The translations under genes and the position numbers were made by a program. Below are positions 26,020-36,092 of a stretch of DNA of 59,724 nt, piece by piece (position 1 is the first letter of the stretch; each line of letters starts with the position of its first letter). The notes beneath the pieces were generated by a model that saw only the letters and a list, made by a program, of their open reading frames with translations, was not told the origin of the DNA and did no database searches. The stretch is taken from assembly GCA_026391515.1 (NCBI GenBank), contig JAPLEC010000457.1, forward strand, positions 1 to 59,724. The letters are read 5' to 3'. The DNA comes from Bacteroidia bacterium (GTDB taxonomy: Bacteria; Bacteroidota; Bacteroidia; Bacteroidales; VadinHA17).

Positions 26020-27009
26020 CTAGAATTCAGGACAAGGTAATGCTCTCATTTTCTTTCTTTGTGAATTAAGACTAACTGTAGAGAATTCATAAATAAGAGC
26101 TACTTCATGTGCACCACCGGTAGAACCGATCAGGTTCGAAATAGTGAAGTCGTAGCTATAACCGATATGGAGCTGTTTCGTTTTAATTCCAACAAGACCG
26201 ATAATTGCATCACCCGCCTGAGAAGTAAGGAAAGGAATGCCCCTGTACCATAAACCGAAAATAAGAGGATTCCTGTAATAATATAATCCGATATCTGTTT
26301 GATTAAATTTGGCCTGTCTCTGGTAATTTACAGCAACAGAAAGCACCTCTTTCAGCGTAACTCTCAATCTTGTTTTCTTGTATAACTGAACACCACCATA
26401 AAGATTGAATTTAATAGGTACTTTTGAGTTATCTCCATAAAAAGAAGTTTTCGGGACTAGCAGGTGATCCAGAGTAAAGCCTGCCCAAATCCTGTCATTA
26501 TAAGTAAGAGCTGAAGCAGCAAAATCCACATCAGCCACATGCGAGAAGGACGGAGGATAAACAGAGGGTGTTGTTCCGCTTCCTGTCAGCTGGCTGTTAA
26601 AAACCAGCTTATAAATGTCAAGTCCGATGTAATAGAATTTAAAATTTACCCCTGGTCTGATATGCCACTGCTTATTAATATTGAAATCATAAGAGTATAA
26701 CAGGCCAATATTTGTTGTGCTCAGGTCTCCCGAACCTGCAACATCATAAGTTGCCAAAACACCAATACCGGAATTAAAATTAGGCATGGCTTTATCAAAT
26801 GAAATACTGTAGGTATGAAAAACCCCCGGAATAGCAGGCCATTGGTTCCTGTAATTCAGTCCGAGTCTGTAATCTTCTGTTGCACCGGCAAATGAGGGTG
26901 ATAAATAAAGAGGATTCGCGTAGAATTGGGAGAATGTCGGATCCTGGCTATAGCCATCTACAAAAAGGACAAATGACAGTATTAGTATATATTTAATCCT
27001 TTTCAGCAA
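26020..27009 (-). CDS. PorP/SprF-family type IX secretion system membrane protein
   Basis: 329 aa. N-terminal QDPTFSQFYANPLYLSPSFAG signature and beta-barrel-like periodicity. Confidence 0.85.
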   Translation of the reverse strand: MLKRIKYILILSFVLFVDGYSQDPTFSQFYANPLYLSPSFAGATEDYRLGLNYRNQWPAIPGVFHTYSISFDKAMPNFNSGIGVLATYDVAGSGDLSTTNIGLLYSYDFNINKQWHIRPGVNFKFYYIGLDIYKLVFNSQLTGSGTTPSVYPPSFSHVADVDFAASALTYNDRIWAGFTLDHLLVPKTSFYGDNSKVPIKFNLYGGVQLYKKTRLRVTLKEVLSVAVNYQRQAKFNQTDIGLYYYRNPLIFGLWYRGIPFLTSQAGDAIIGLVGIKTKQLHIGYSYDFTISNLIGSTGGAHEVALIYEFSTVSLNSQRKKMRALPCPEF

Positions 27010-27202
27010 AATTGTCTGTTAGGTTTACGTTGACGAAAATAGTTAAATCAATTAACAATTCCTTAAGATTTAACGAATTTTTGCCCCAAATGTGACAGAG
27101 ACAACATGAATTTTTAATGAATAGTGGTAAAATTTAGATGAAAGGCCTGAATTCATTGATGAATGGAAGAGGCGATTTTCAGGGATTTTGAGAAAAACAG
27201 AC

Positions 27203-28567
27203 TCAATTTTTCAGTAGAGTGACATCACCCATTTTAATAAAGGTCTCTCCGTTCACAAAATTTCCACGAACTTTCCAGATATAAACACCTGCGTTGCTGA
27301 GCTGGCCTTTGTAATAACCATCCCATCCGATATTTACGTCATTGCTTTCAAAAATCATAACACCACGTCTGTTGAAAATCCTTAACTGATAGTCAGATAC
27401 ACCTGAAAAAACAGGATGAAATACCTGAGAAGCTTCATCGCTTTTCAGAGTAAAATAACCTCCTGTCGGTCCGTTGGGGTTTGGAATAAATGCATTCGGG
27501 AAATTAATATAATAACCGGAATTTGAAAATGCATTATAAATTGTGAGTGAGTCGGAACAGTCAAATTCCGAAATTGCAACAAGGCGGACATTATATTTTC
27601 CTGACTTTTTGTACGAGTACAATGGTTCATAAAGCTCAGAAAAATTCCCATCGCCAAAATCCCATCTGTATTTTTCGGCACCTGTCGAATAGTTACGGAA
27701 GCTGATCTGATCGTCAGGTAAAATGGCATTTTCAGGAGTAAATTCGAACTTTGTTGAAGGTTTGGGATGGACGATGATAACAGTTAAAGAAACTGATTTT
27801 ATATCGCCAGGACCAGATACCTGCAATATAACTTTATATTCGCCTGCATTATCAAATATCCATTCAGGATTCTTTTGTGTTGAATAACCACCATCACCAA
27901 AGTTCCACACGCAGGAATCGAATGAACCGGCTTTGTTTTTAAATCTTATCTTTAGAGGAGTACACCCTTCTGTAACAGATGCTTCAATTAGATTTTCACT
28001 GTTATTTATCCCACCCTTGAGTTCATCTTTTTCCGTAGATGTTTCTTTGATCACTCCATTTTTAGGTAACAAACTCACAATGGCAGAAGGAGTAGAAATA
28101 ATGTCTCCCTGGCCTGAAATGCCCTGATTGACTTTTTCATTCTTACCTGCTTCTGTTGTTATTGAAGGACTTTTCCTTCTTCCTTCTGCTTTGCCCTGAA
28201 TATTTTCTGAAGGATTTAAGCTCTGATTTGAAGGAATATTTACAGCCAGGCTGTCAGTTACATTTGAATTTTTAATTTCGATGGAAACGGGTTCTTGTGT
28301 TTTTCTTTCAATTTTATTCTTATCAGGTCCAGAGGACAGAAAGATAGCAATAGCTGTGCCGGCAACTGCAATACTCCCTGCATACCAGATATTGAATCGA
28401 GTCGGGTTAAAATGCAGGAATTCCCTTCTTCCCAGCCTGCGCATAAGATTTGCGCTGACAGACAGAGAAGGTGTAACCTCTGCATTTTCAAGCTTTTGCC
28501 TGAATAACTCGTTCAGCATTCTATCTTCTTTTTCCCCTTTCACTTTATTATAAAATTCAATCTTCAT
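27203..28567 (-). CDS. anti-sigma-like membrane protein with PKD domains and a T9SS type-B C-terminal sorting domain
   Basis: 454 aa. N-terminus ELFRQKLENAEVTPS..., then one TM (FNIWYAGSIAVAGTAIAIFL). Two PKD-like units (WNFGDGGYS..., WDFGDGNFS...). C-terminus FPNAFIPNPNG...RIFNRRGVMIFE...IGWDGYYKGQLSNAGVYIWKV. Its start overlaps the sigma gene stop (TAATG). Confidence 0.75.
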   Translation of the reverse strand: MKIEFYNKVKGEKEDRMLNELFRQKLENAEVTPSLSVSANLMRRLGRREFLHFNPTRFNIWYAGSIAVAGTAIAIFLSSGPDKNKIERKTQEPVSIEIKNSNVTDSLAVNIPSNQSLNPSENIQGKAEGRRKSPSITTEAGKNEKVNQGISGQGDIISTPSAIVSLLPKNGVIKETSTEKDELKGGINNSENLIEASVTEGCTPLKIRFKNKAGSFDSCVWNFGDGGYSTQKNPEWIFDNAGEYKVILQVSGPGDIKSVSLTVIIVHPKPSTKFEFTPENAILPDDQISFRNYSTGAEKYRWDFGDGNFSELYEPLYSYKKSGKYNVRLVAISEFDCSDSLTIYNAFSNSGYYINFPNAFIPNPNGPTGGYFTLKSDEASQVFHPVFSGVSDYQLRIFNRRGVMIFESNDVNIGWDGYYKGQLSNAGVYIWKVRGNFVNGETFIKMGDVTLLKN

Positions 28568-29133
28568 TATTTATCACTTGCAGAATAGTTGCTTTTCAGT
28601 TTTCTCAGTATTTCAAGCTTATCCCTTATTGCTGCTTTTGCCCTGCTGTACTGCGATTTCGATGTATTTGTATCGATTCCCAGCATCTTGGCTATCTCTT
28701 TGTGCTTATATCCTTCAACAGCATAAAGGTTAAACACCATTCTGTATCCTGCAGGCAGCTCATTAAGAACTTTATACAATTCATCAGATGTAAAAAAGTC
28801 CTGTTCAAAGCTTGCAACTCCTGTTTCAACCGACACATACTCCTCAATTTCAATATGATACCTGTATTTCAGATTTTTATGATAATGAGTTATTGCCGTG
28901 TTTACTGCAACTTTTCTTAACCAGCCTATGAAAGAACCTGTACCTGAAAAATCTTTTATATTAAAAAAAATCTTTAAAAAACTATCCTGCAAAATGTCCT
29001 CTGCCTCCGCTTTGTCAGTTGCATATCTCAGACAAACACCAAGCAAAAAACGTGAATACTTATCGTACAGCAATTGTTGCGATTTTCTGTCATGCTTCGC
29101 ACACCCCTCTATTATTTCCTGGTCGCTCATCAT
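28567..29133 (-). CDS. ECF-type RNA polymerase sigma-70 factor
   Basis: 188 aa. Region 2 (AEDILQDSFLKIF...WLRKVAVNTAI) and region 4 (FNLYAVEGYKHKEIAKMLGIDTNTSKSQYSRAK). Confidence 0.88.
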   Translation of the reverse strand: MMSDQEIIEGCAKHDRKSQQLLYDKYSRFLLGVCLRYATDKAEAEDILQDSFLKIFFNIKDFSGTGSFIGWLRKVAVNTAITHYHKNLKYRYHIEIEEYVSVETGVASFEQDFFTSDELYKVLNELPAGYRMVFNLYAVEGYKHKEIAKMLGIDTNTSKSQYSRAKAAIRDKLEILRKLKSNYSASDK

Positions 29134-29322
29134 TTGCCGACGACAATTTTAAGACATCTCATGAAAATAAATGGTTGCATAAACTGAAAAATTAATTCAA
29201 AATAAATAATCTTATTTATCAATCCTCTTCATTTCAATGACAAAGGTCATTAAAAAATATACAGAGATCATCTTTTTTAGCAGTTTATAAACGAAATTTA
29301 CCATTTATATATTTTAGGCACC

Positions 29323-30234
29323 ATGTTTAACAAATTCATTTCGGCAATATTACCATATTTTCCGAAGAAATTCATCTGGATATTTTCAAGGTCATACATT
29401 TCAGGCGAGACAATAGATGATGCGATGCGCGTATCAAAAGACCTGAACAGCAAGAATATCAAGGTTACTCTTGATGTTCTCGGAGAATTTATTAAAACTC
29501 CCGATGAAGCTGAAACCAACAAAAAGGAATATCTCGATCTGATAGATGTTTCGTACAAAACCGGTATAGACGGGAACTTCTCAGTCAAACCTACAAGCTT
29601 CGGCTTGCTGATTGATAAGAATATCTGCTACCAGCATCTCAGGGAGATAGTTGTAAAAGCAGCTTCATATAAGGGATTTATCAGGATCGATATGGAAGAT
29701 TCTCCGTGTACCGACATGGAAATTGAATTATTCCGTAAGCTGAAGGTTGAATTTCCTGCAAATGTTGGATTGGTCGTCCAGGCATATTTAAAACGAACCC
29801 TTAATGACATAAAAGGATTGGCCGATCTGAACAGCGAAACAAATCCTTTAAGCTTCAGGCTATGTAAAGGAATCTACGTTGAACCCGAAGCAATCTCATT
29901 TAAGAAATATGAAGAGATAAACCAGCATTACCTTGAAGATCTTGAATTCCTGTTTCAGAACAAGATCCATGTAGGTATTGCAACTCACGATAAACCTCTT
30001 GTTGAAAAGGTTTATAACCTGATTAAAGAATATAATGTTCCTAAACATCTTTACGAGTTCCAGATGCTTTACGGAGTTACACCTAAGCTTCGCGAAAGCA
30101 TTGTTAATGAAGGACATACAATGAGGGTTTATGTTCCGTTCGGTGAAAAATGGTTTGGTTATTCAACCCGTCGCCTGAAGGAGAATCCTAAGATGGCAAG
30201 CCATATCATTAAGGCGATATTCTATAAGGGGTAA
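29323..30234 (+). CDS. proline dehydrogenase family protein
   Basis: 303 aa. VTLDVLGE, IRIDMEDS, VVQAYLKRT and TRRLKENP motifs typical of monofunctional PutA-like ProDH. Confidence 0.8.
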   Translation: MFNKFISAILPYFPKKFIWIFSRSYISGETIDDAMRVSKDLNSKNIKVTLDVLGEFIKTPDEAETNKKEYLDLIDVSYKTGIDGNFSVKPTSFGLLIDKNICYQHLREIVVKAASYKGFIRIDMEDSPCTDMEIELFRKLKVEFPANVGLVVQAYLKRTLNDIKGLADLNSETNPLSFRLCKGIYVEPEAISFKKYEEINQHYLEDLEFLFQNKIHVGIATHDKPLVEKVYNLIKEYNVPKHLYEFQMLYGVTPKLRESIVNEGHTMRVYVPFGEKWFGYSTRRLKENPKMASHIIKAIFYKG

Positions 30235-30240
30235 GAATAA

Positions 30241-30380
30241 GGTCGTCTCAAAAGGCACCATCCCGCTGAAGCGGGAAGAAAGTTAAAATACTATAAATCA
30301 ACACTTTCCTCCCGCTTTTTGCGGGAGGTGTCCCGACCGAAGTGTCAGGACGGGGTGGTTACTTTAACTTATGAGACACG
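30241..30380. repeat. cluster of GC-rich hairpins (TCCCGC/GCGGGA family) between convergent genes
   Basis: TCCCGC-tgaa-GCGGGA (30261..30276). CCTCCCGC-ttttt-GCGGGAGG (30308..30328). GTCCCGAC-n6-GTCAGGAC (30329..30350). Possible enclosing pairs are GTCTCA (30245)/TGAGAC (30372) and ACCATCCCG (30257)/CGGGGTGGT (30351). Confidence 0.7.
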
Positions 30381-30385
30381 CTTTC

Positions 30386-31108
30386 TTATTTTCTCTGCTT
30401 TAAAGTTTCGAGATATTTCTTATGAATCTGGTAAATATCCTGGTCCGTCAGCTGAGGCTGAAGGGGCTGAGGCTTTTCGGGTAATCCGTTAATAAGAAGA
30501 TAGACTGCGGGAATTAATAGCAAAGGACTCAGCCCTATCATTTTGTCAGGCGGGATTTGTCCTTTATAGTAGGCATCTTCACGTTGTTTTTGGCGTATAA
30601 CTTCATAATTTGTCGCTGGATCGCCAAGCTTATTCTGACTTACACGTGCCTGATAAGCTGATACAGCAAGGTTGTATTTTGCATTTTCATATTCAGGATT
30701 TGATTCAGTCATTGGATTCATCAGATCCGACTTCAGTGATGTAAGTCTGGGAATTATAATCACTTCACCTATCAATAAAGTGTCAGTCTGCAAAAAAATT
30801 CCGGCAATAAACTCCCTGCCAGACAGTGTATCGTTAATAAACATAATAGCTTGTTTATAGCCAAGCCTTCGGAAAATGATGGTGTCATTTCTGTTCACAT
30901 AGAAAGCAAATTTTCCTTCACCGTCACTGGCCGAAATAAACGATCTGTTTATAAATATCTGAGAGTTTGACAGTGGAGATTCGGTATTTGCATCCATCAC
31001 CAGACCATGGAAAAGGATATTCCCCCTGGCATTATTTAACACCTGGCAAAAACTTGAATTAATGAAAAAGAGTAAAGAGGCTGAAACCAAAATGAAATAT
31101 TTTTTCAT
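30386..31108 (-). CDS. carboxypeptidase-regulatory-like domain protein, hypothetical
   Basis: 240 aa. Signal peptide, a CarboxypepD_reg-like beta-sandwich segment (LFHGLVMDANTESPLSNSQIF...SDGEGKFAFYV) and a hydrophobic segment near the C-terminus. Confidence 0.5.
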   Translation of the reverse strand: MKKYFILVSASLLFFINSSFCQVLNNARGNILFHGLVMDANTESPLSNSQIFINRSFISASDGEGKFAFYVNRNDTIIFRRLGYKQAIMFINDTLSGREFIAGIFLQTDTLLIGEVIIIPRLTSLKSDLMNPMTESNPEYENAKYNLAVSAYQARVSQNKLGDPATNYEVIRQKQREDAYYKGQIPPDKMIGLSPLLLIPAVYLLINGLPEKPQPLQPQLTDQDIYQIHKKYLETLKQRK

Positions 31109-31123
31109 AGACCGTAATGCTCG

Positions 31124-31696
31124 TTACAGTTTGATTATAAGCTCGCTAAGTGACCGCTTGGGAACATGATGTTTTTTTTCTCCATCTCTCCAGTATTTCA
31201 CATCACCATCCTTAATATCATCAATAATCACTTTTTCGACAGGTTTTCCAAGAGCAAGAATCAGCAATATTTCAAATCGTTCAGGAATTTTCAGTTCAGA
31301 CCTGAGCTGTTCACGCTTTATTGAAGCAATCATGCAACCTCCCAGTCCAGCTTCGGTAGCTCCGAGCATTATACTTTGTGCTGCAATCCCATGATCGACT
31401 CCAAAACCCTCTGTAATTGATTTGTCGCCAAGAACGATGATGTATCCCGACGGCCTCTCCCCCGGTTCTGGTCCATCCCACTCCTTCAGGTATGCTGCCC
31501 ATACTACTGAAGGAAAAACCCTGGCGCAATCCTCGGGTGAATTGTAAACCAGGTATTTCAGAGGCTGACGGTTTGCACCTGAAGCCGAAAGCCTGGCCAT
31601 TCCGATAAGTTCTTCAAGAGTCTTATAATCAATACGATAAGACTCATCAAACCGTCTGTAGGAACGGGTTTTGAAAACCAGATCTTTTAGTGTCAT
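31124..31696 (-). CDS. nitroreductase family protein
   Basis: 190 aa. RSYRRF...SASGANRQP... pattern and a length typical of NfnB/NfsA-like folds. Confidence 0.75.
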   Translation of the reverse strand: MTLKDLVFKTRSYRRFDESYRIDYKTLEELIGMARLSASGANRQPLKYLVYNSPEDCARVFPSVVWAAYLKEWDGPEPGERPSGYIIVLGDKSITEGFGVDHGIAAQSIMLGATEAGLGGCMIASIKREQLRSELKIPERFEILLILALGKPVEKVIIDDIKDGDVKYWRDGEKKHHVPKRSLSELIIKL

Positions 31697-31802
31697 TTAT
31701 ACACTTATATTTTATTTCTCCTCTCTTATCCAGTTTAGAGGTCTATTCCCAAAAAAAGTGGTAAATACTAAATTACAGATTTACAAGGAAATCAAAGCAT
31801 TA

Positions 31803-32378
31803 TCAGAAACGCTTTGAAACAATATCCCAGTCAATTATCTCCCAGAAGGATTTTAGATAATCGGGACGCCGGTTCCTGTAATCGATATAATATGCGTGTT
31901 CCCATACATCACAGGTTAACAGTGGTTCAAGCCCTTTTCTCATAGGATTTCCGGCATTTGATTCCTGGATGATCTGCAGATTTCCATCTTCATTTTTTAC
32001 CAGCCATGCCCAGCCGGAACCGAACAGAGTAACTGCAGCTTTTGTAAACTGCTCTTTAAAAGAATCGAAGGATCCAAATGTCTTAGTGATAGCATCAGCT
32101 AGTTTACCTTCAGGTTTACGTTTGCCATTCCTTGAAAATGATTCAAAATAGAAAGTATGATTCCAAACCTGGGCTGCATTATTAAAAATGCCTCCTTCAG
32201 CTTTTTTAATAATAGTTTCAAGATCTGCTTTTTCGAATTCAGTGCCAGGAACCAATCCATTCAGGTTGTTTACATAAGCCATGTGGTGCTTACCATAGTG
32301 ATATTCAAGTGTTTCTTCACTTATGTGAGGAATAAGTGCGTTCAGCCTGTACGGAAGTTTTGGAAGTTCGAATGCCAT
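31803..32378 (-). CDS. sodB: Fe/Mn superoxide dismutase
   Basis: 191 aa. [25 protein letters not shown] ... [18 protein letters not shown]. Confidence 0.92.
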   Translation of the reverse strand: MAFELPKLPYRLNALIPHISEETLEYHYGKHHMAYVNNLNGLVPGTEFEKADLETIIKKAEGGIFNNAAQVWNHTFYFESFSRNGKRKPEGKLADAITKTFGSFDSFKEQFTKAAVTLFGSGWAWLVKNEDGNLQIIQESNAGNPMRKGLEPLLTCDVWEHAYYIDYRNRRPDYLKSFWEIIDWDIVSKRF

Positions 32379-32450
32379 GGTTCAGATGTTTTAAGTAAGA
32401 ATTCAGAAATCGTATATCAAATCAAATGTAAACAATTTAAGCCATTTGAT

Positions 32451-33287
32451 TTAATACGGAGTGAGAAAAATTTGTTCCGGCATTTCAGGAATTATATCCT
32501 TCTCTCCTGCTATTCTGAAAAGTTCAGAGATGGCTTTCTTACCCTCTTTGCCCAGATTTAATGTGTATTTATTGACAAAGAGCTTGATATGATTATTCAT
32601 TACCGTACTATCCATTTCCTTTGCGTTGGAAGTGACAAAATCGTATGATGCGATTGAATCGTGATAAGCAAATTCCAGGCTTCTGCGGATAATACGGTTT
32701 ACTTTTAGTGCTATATCATTCCCGATCCTCCTGTTTATTACGATCATACCCAGAGGTATTGGAAGATTTGTAAGCTTATGCCAGTATTCACCCAAATCAG
32801 CAATTTTCTGAAGTCCCTTTTTATGGTATGTGAAACGCGTTTCATGGATTATCAGTCCTGCGTCGACTTCATCTTTCAGTATCGCATCTACGATATCGGA
32901 AAAAAGATATTCTGTTTTATTATTTGCTCCTGGCCATGCAATACTTAAAAGGAGGTTTGCAGTAGTATAATTACCCGGAATGGCTATTCTGGAAGAGATC
33001 AATTCTGATTCGTAAATTTTGCGCTTGCTGATCAGGAGCGGCCCGTTCCTGTGACCAAGTGCGCTTCCTGAATCGAGGATAAGATAATTCCTGGCAGTAA
33101 AAGCGTATGCAAAACAGCTTATTTTGGTGATATCAAGCTTACCTGAAAAAGCCCTATGGTTAAGTTCCTCGACATCAGACAGAAGATAATCAAATTCCAA
33201 TCCCTCAGTATCAATTCTCCCATGCACCATAGCATCAAAAATAAATGTATCGTTTGGGCAGGGTGAGAAACCAAGTGTCAGTTTCAT
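32451..33287 (-). CDS. mqnD: 1,4-dihydroxy-6-naphthoate synthase (futalosine pathway)
   Basis: 278 aa. N-terminus LGFSPCPNDTFIFDAMVHGRIDTEGL, characteristic of MqnD. Adjacent to mqnB. Confidence 0.8.
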   Translation of the reverse strand: MKLTLGFSPCPNDTFIFDAMVHGRIDTEGLEFDYLLSDVEELNHRAFSGKLDITKISCFAYAFTARNYLILDSGSALGHRNGPLLISKRKIYESELISSRIAIPGNYTTANLLLSIAWPGANNKTEYLFSDIVDAILKDEVDAGLIIHETRFTYHKKGLQKIADLGEYWHKLTNLPIPLGMIVINRRIGNDIALKVNRIIRRSLEFAYHDSIASYDFVTSNAKEMDSTVMNNHIKLFVNKYTLNLGKEGKKAISELFRIAGEKDIIPEMPEQIFLTPY

Positions 33288-33290
33288 TTT

Positions 33291-33968
33291 TCAATCAAGA
33301 GTTAAAAAAAACTCAATCAGCTTTTCTGAAAGATTATTAAGAGCGACCTGAATATTCCATTTGTTTTTATCGCGAGGTTCCACTCTGTTTGAGATTGACC
33401 TAATTGCCAGGAAAGGTATTTTTTCTCCGCTGCAAATATAAAAAAAAGTTGCTCCCTCCATAGTTTCAATATCGGGATTATATTTGCTCCTTAGTCGTTC
33501 AATAGTGGAAGCAGAACCGGAAGAGGTATTGACAGTAACAGCATTGACTTGTTTTAATTTACTGATTATCTGTGTATTAAATGTTGTATCTGCCAGAATT
33601 TTCCCGTCTTTAAAAGGAAACTGGTTTGGATCCTGAATACCAGCTTCAGAAAGAGTGAGAAAGCTGTTGCCTTTCTCCACACCTGAATCGGCAAAACAAT
33701 CAGAAACGGGAACGACTACATCTCCGATGACAATGTCTTCCTTATAACTGCCTGCAATGCCTATATTCATAGCAAGATCAGGCCAGGGATTAGCAGAGAG
33801 CCATTTCATCAAAGACCATGATGTTGCAACAGAACCGACGCCTGTTATTAAAAGGCTTATTTCATTATTCCCAAGAATGTATCCATCACGGGATAGTTTT
33901 ATTCCGGGAATTTTTCTGAAAGCATCGGCCTCAGATTCAGTGGCAACGACTAATAAAATTCTTTTCAA
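33291..33968 (-). CDS. mqnB: futalosine hydrolase
   Basis: 225 aa. PNP/UDP-phosphorylase-like fold (LLVVATESEA...GVGSVA...METMEGA-like). Sits next to mqnD. Confidence 0.7.
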   Translation of the reverse strand: MKRILLVVATESEADAFRKIPGIKLSRDGYILGNNEISLLITGVGSVATSWSLMKWLSANPWPDLAMNIGIAGSYKEDIVIGDVVVPVSDCFADSGVEKGNSFLTLSEAGIQDPNQFPFKDGKILADTTFNTQIISKLKQVNAVTVNTSSGSASTIERLRSKYNPDIETMEGATFFYICSGEKIPFLAIRSISNRVEPRDKNKWNIQVALNNLSEKLIEFFLTLD

Positions 33969-34086
33969 CTTTTTTTCTTAATGCCCACTATTCTTACTGA
34001 AGGGTAGCCAATTCTCAAATATATTGCTTTTCAGACTTAAAAAGACAAACTTTATTGGTAATATTGTATTATAAACGCACTGTGAA

Positions 34087-34497
34087 ATGATCTATCTTAC
34101 ACGTCGAGAAAGATTCAGTGCTGCTCACAGGATGTTCAGGCAGGACTGGTCTGATGAAAAGAACCGGGAGGTTTTCGGGAAATGTTCGAATCCAAACTGG
34201 CATGGACATAATTATATCCTTTGGATTACTGTTAAGGGAGAACCATCTGAAGACCATGGATTTGTAATGAATATCAACCTTCTCAAAAAAATTGTTCAGG
34301 AAAAAATAATTGACAAGCTCGACCACAGGAACATAAATCTGGATGTTGACTTTATGAAAGGCAGGATTGCAACAACCGAAAATCTTGCAGTGGCTATCTG
34401 GGAGGAGCTTAAGAATGCAATTGAAAATGAGGGCGCTTGCCTCCATTGTATTAAAATTGAAGAAACTGAAAACAATTTGATAGAATATTATGGCTAA
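34087..34497 (+). CDS. queD: 6-carboxytetrahydropterin synthase / 6-pyruvoyl-tetrahydropterin synthase
   Basis: 136 aa. FSAAHRM...[11 protein letters not shown]...DHRNIN motifs. Confidence 0.85.
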   Translation: MIYLTRRERFSAAHRMFRQDWSDEKNREVFGKCSNPNWHGHNYILWITVKGEPSEDHGFVMNINLLKKIVQEKIIDKLDHRNINLDVDFMKGRIATTENLAVAIWEELKNAIENEGACLHCIKIEETENNLIEYYG

Positions 34498-35137
34498 GAC
34501 TATTGAAAAAATTAATGATGGTTCAGGAATGACCGATGAAGGGTACAATAAAATAGAGACCTGGAATGCAGAAACCATCGAAGAAATGGCAAAGATGTAT
34601 AAAAGGGTTCTCGAGCTCATAGGCGAAGATCCAAAGAGAGAAGGACTTGTACGAACCCCTGTCAGGGTTGCTAAAGCCATCAATTACCTGACCGTAGGTT
34701 ATAACATGAATCCGCATGAGATCCTTAAAGCAGCGATGTTCAAGGAAGAGTACAGGCAGATGGTTATTGTTAAGGATATTGACCTTTATTCGATGTGCGA
34801 ACATCACATGTTGCCTTTTTTCGGCAAAGCTCATGTCGCATATATTCCTGACGGGTATATTACCGGACTGAGCAAAATAGCACGTGTTGTTGAAGCTTAT
34901 TCAAGGAGGCTGCAGGTACAGGAGCGTCTGACAACACAAATAAGGAATTGTATTCAGGATACTCTTAAACCACTTGGAGTAGCAGTTGTTATTGAAGCTC
35001 AGCATATGTGCATGCAGATCAGAGGAGTACAGAAACAAAACTCAGTTACAACAACATCAGCATTTACCGGAATATTTCTTGAACATCTTAACACCCGCGA
35101 AGAGTTTATTCATCTGATCGGATCGAGGTTGCATTGA
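34490..35137 (+). CDS. folE: GTP cyclohydrolase I
   Basis: 215 aa. [21 protein letters not shown] ... RLQVQERLT ... EAQHMCM. Confidence 0.92.
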   Translation: MAKTIEKINDGSGMTDEGYNKIETWNAETIEEMAKMYKRVLELIGEDPKREGLVRTPVRVAKAINYLTVGYNMNPHEILKAAMFKEEYRQMVIVKDIDLYSMCEHHMLPFFGKAHVAYIPDGYITGLSKIARVVEAYSRRLQVQERLTTQIRNCIQDTLKPLGVAVVIEAQHMCMQIRGVQKQNSVTTTSAFTGIFLEHLNTREEFIHLIGSRLH

Positions 35138-35162
35138 TTAACTGCATTATCTTTTAATTTCT

Positions 35163-35170
35163 TACTTTTG
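35163..35170 (+). promoter_or_regulatory. -7 box TACTTTTG upstream of fabD
   Basis: Matches TAnnTTTG, 39 nt upstream of the ATG at 35209. Confidence 0.4.
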
Positions 35171-35208
35171 CAAACCGCTCAAAGCGGACTTAATTTAAAA
35201 GTCTGATT

Positions 35209-36090
35209 ATGAAAGCATTCGTATTCCCCGGACAGGGAGCACAGTTTCCCGGTATGGGTAAAGATCTCTATAACAAATTTCCTATTGCAAAAGAGTTGTT
35301 TGAAAAGGCAAATTCAATTCTTGGCTTCAGGATCACAGATCTGATGTTTGGCGGAACTACTGAAGATCTGAAACAGACTAAAGTTACCCAGCCTGCCATC
35401 TTCCTTCATTCAACAATTCTTGCAGCTGTGCTTGGAGATACTTTTAAACCCGATATGGTTGCAGGTCATTCGCTTGGTGAATTCTCAGCATTAGTTGCAA
35501 ACAGAGCTCTCTCTTTTGAAGATGGTCTGGTGCTTGTCTCAAAAAGAGCATTGGCAATGCAAAAAGCATGTGAAAAGACTCCTTCAACTATGGCTGCAAT
35601 AATCGGAGCAGAGGATAAGGTAGTTGAGGAAGTATGTGCCTCAATAATTGAAGTTGTTGTGCCCGCTAATTATAATTGTCCCGGACAGATAGTCATTTCC
35701 GGTTCAAACGAAGGTATTGACAAAGCTATTGAAGCTCTCAAGGAAAAAGGTGTTAAAAGAGCACTTAAGCTTGCAGTGGGAGGAGCATTCCATTCTCCAA
35801 TTATGGAACCTGCAAGGGTAGAGCTTGAAGAGGCTATCAGAATGACAAATTTCAACAAACCTGTCTGCCCTGTTTATCAAAACGTCAGTGCAAAACCTTC
35901 AAGTGATCCGGATTTAATTAAAACAAACCTTGTTGCACAGCTTACCTCACCTGTAAGATGGACCCAGAGTGTGATAAATATGATTTCAGATGGAGCTACA
36001 TCGTTTACAGAAGTCGGCCCTGGTAATGTTTTGCAGGGACTGATAAAAAAGGTGAATCAGAATATTATTACTGAAGGGGTAGTTTTATGA
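35209..36090 (+). CDS. fabD: ACP S-malonyltransferase
   Basis: 293 aa. FPGQGAQ, GHSLGEFSAL and GAFHSP motifs. Confidence 0.93.
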   Translation: MKAFVFPGQGAQFPGMGKDLYNKFPIAKELFEKANSILGFRITDLMFGGTTEDLKQTKVTQPAIFLHSTILAAVLGDTFKPDMVAGHSLGEFSALVANRALSFEDGLVLVSKRALAMQKACEKTPSTMAAIIGAEDKVVEEVCASIIEVVVPANYNCPGQIVISGSNEGIDKAIEALKEKGVKRALKLAVGGAFHSPIMEPARVELEEAIRMTNFNKPVCPVYQNVSAKPSSDPDLIKTNLVAQLTSPVRWTQSVINMISDGATSFTEVGPGNVLQGLIKKVNQNIITEGVVL

Positions 36091-36092
36091 TA

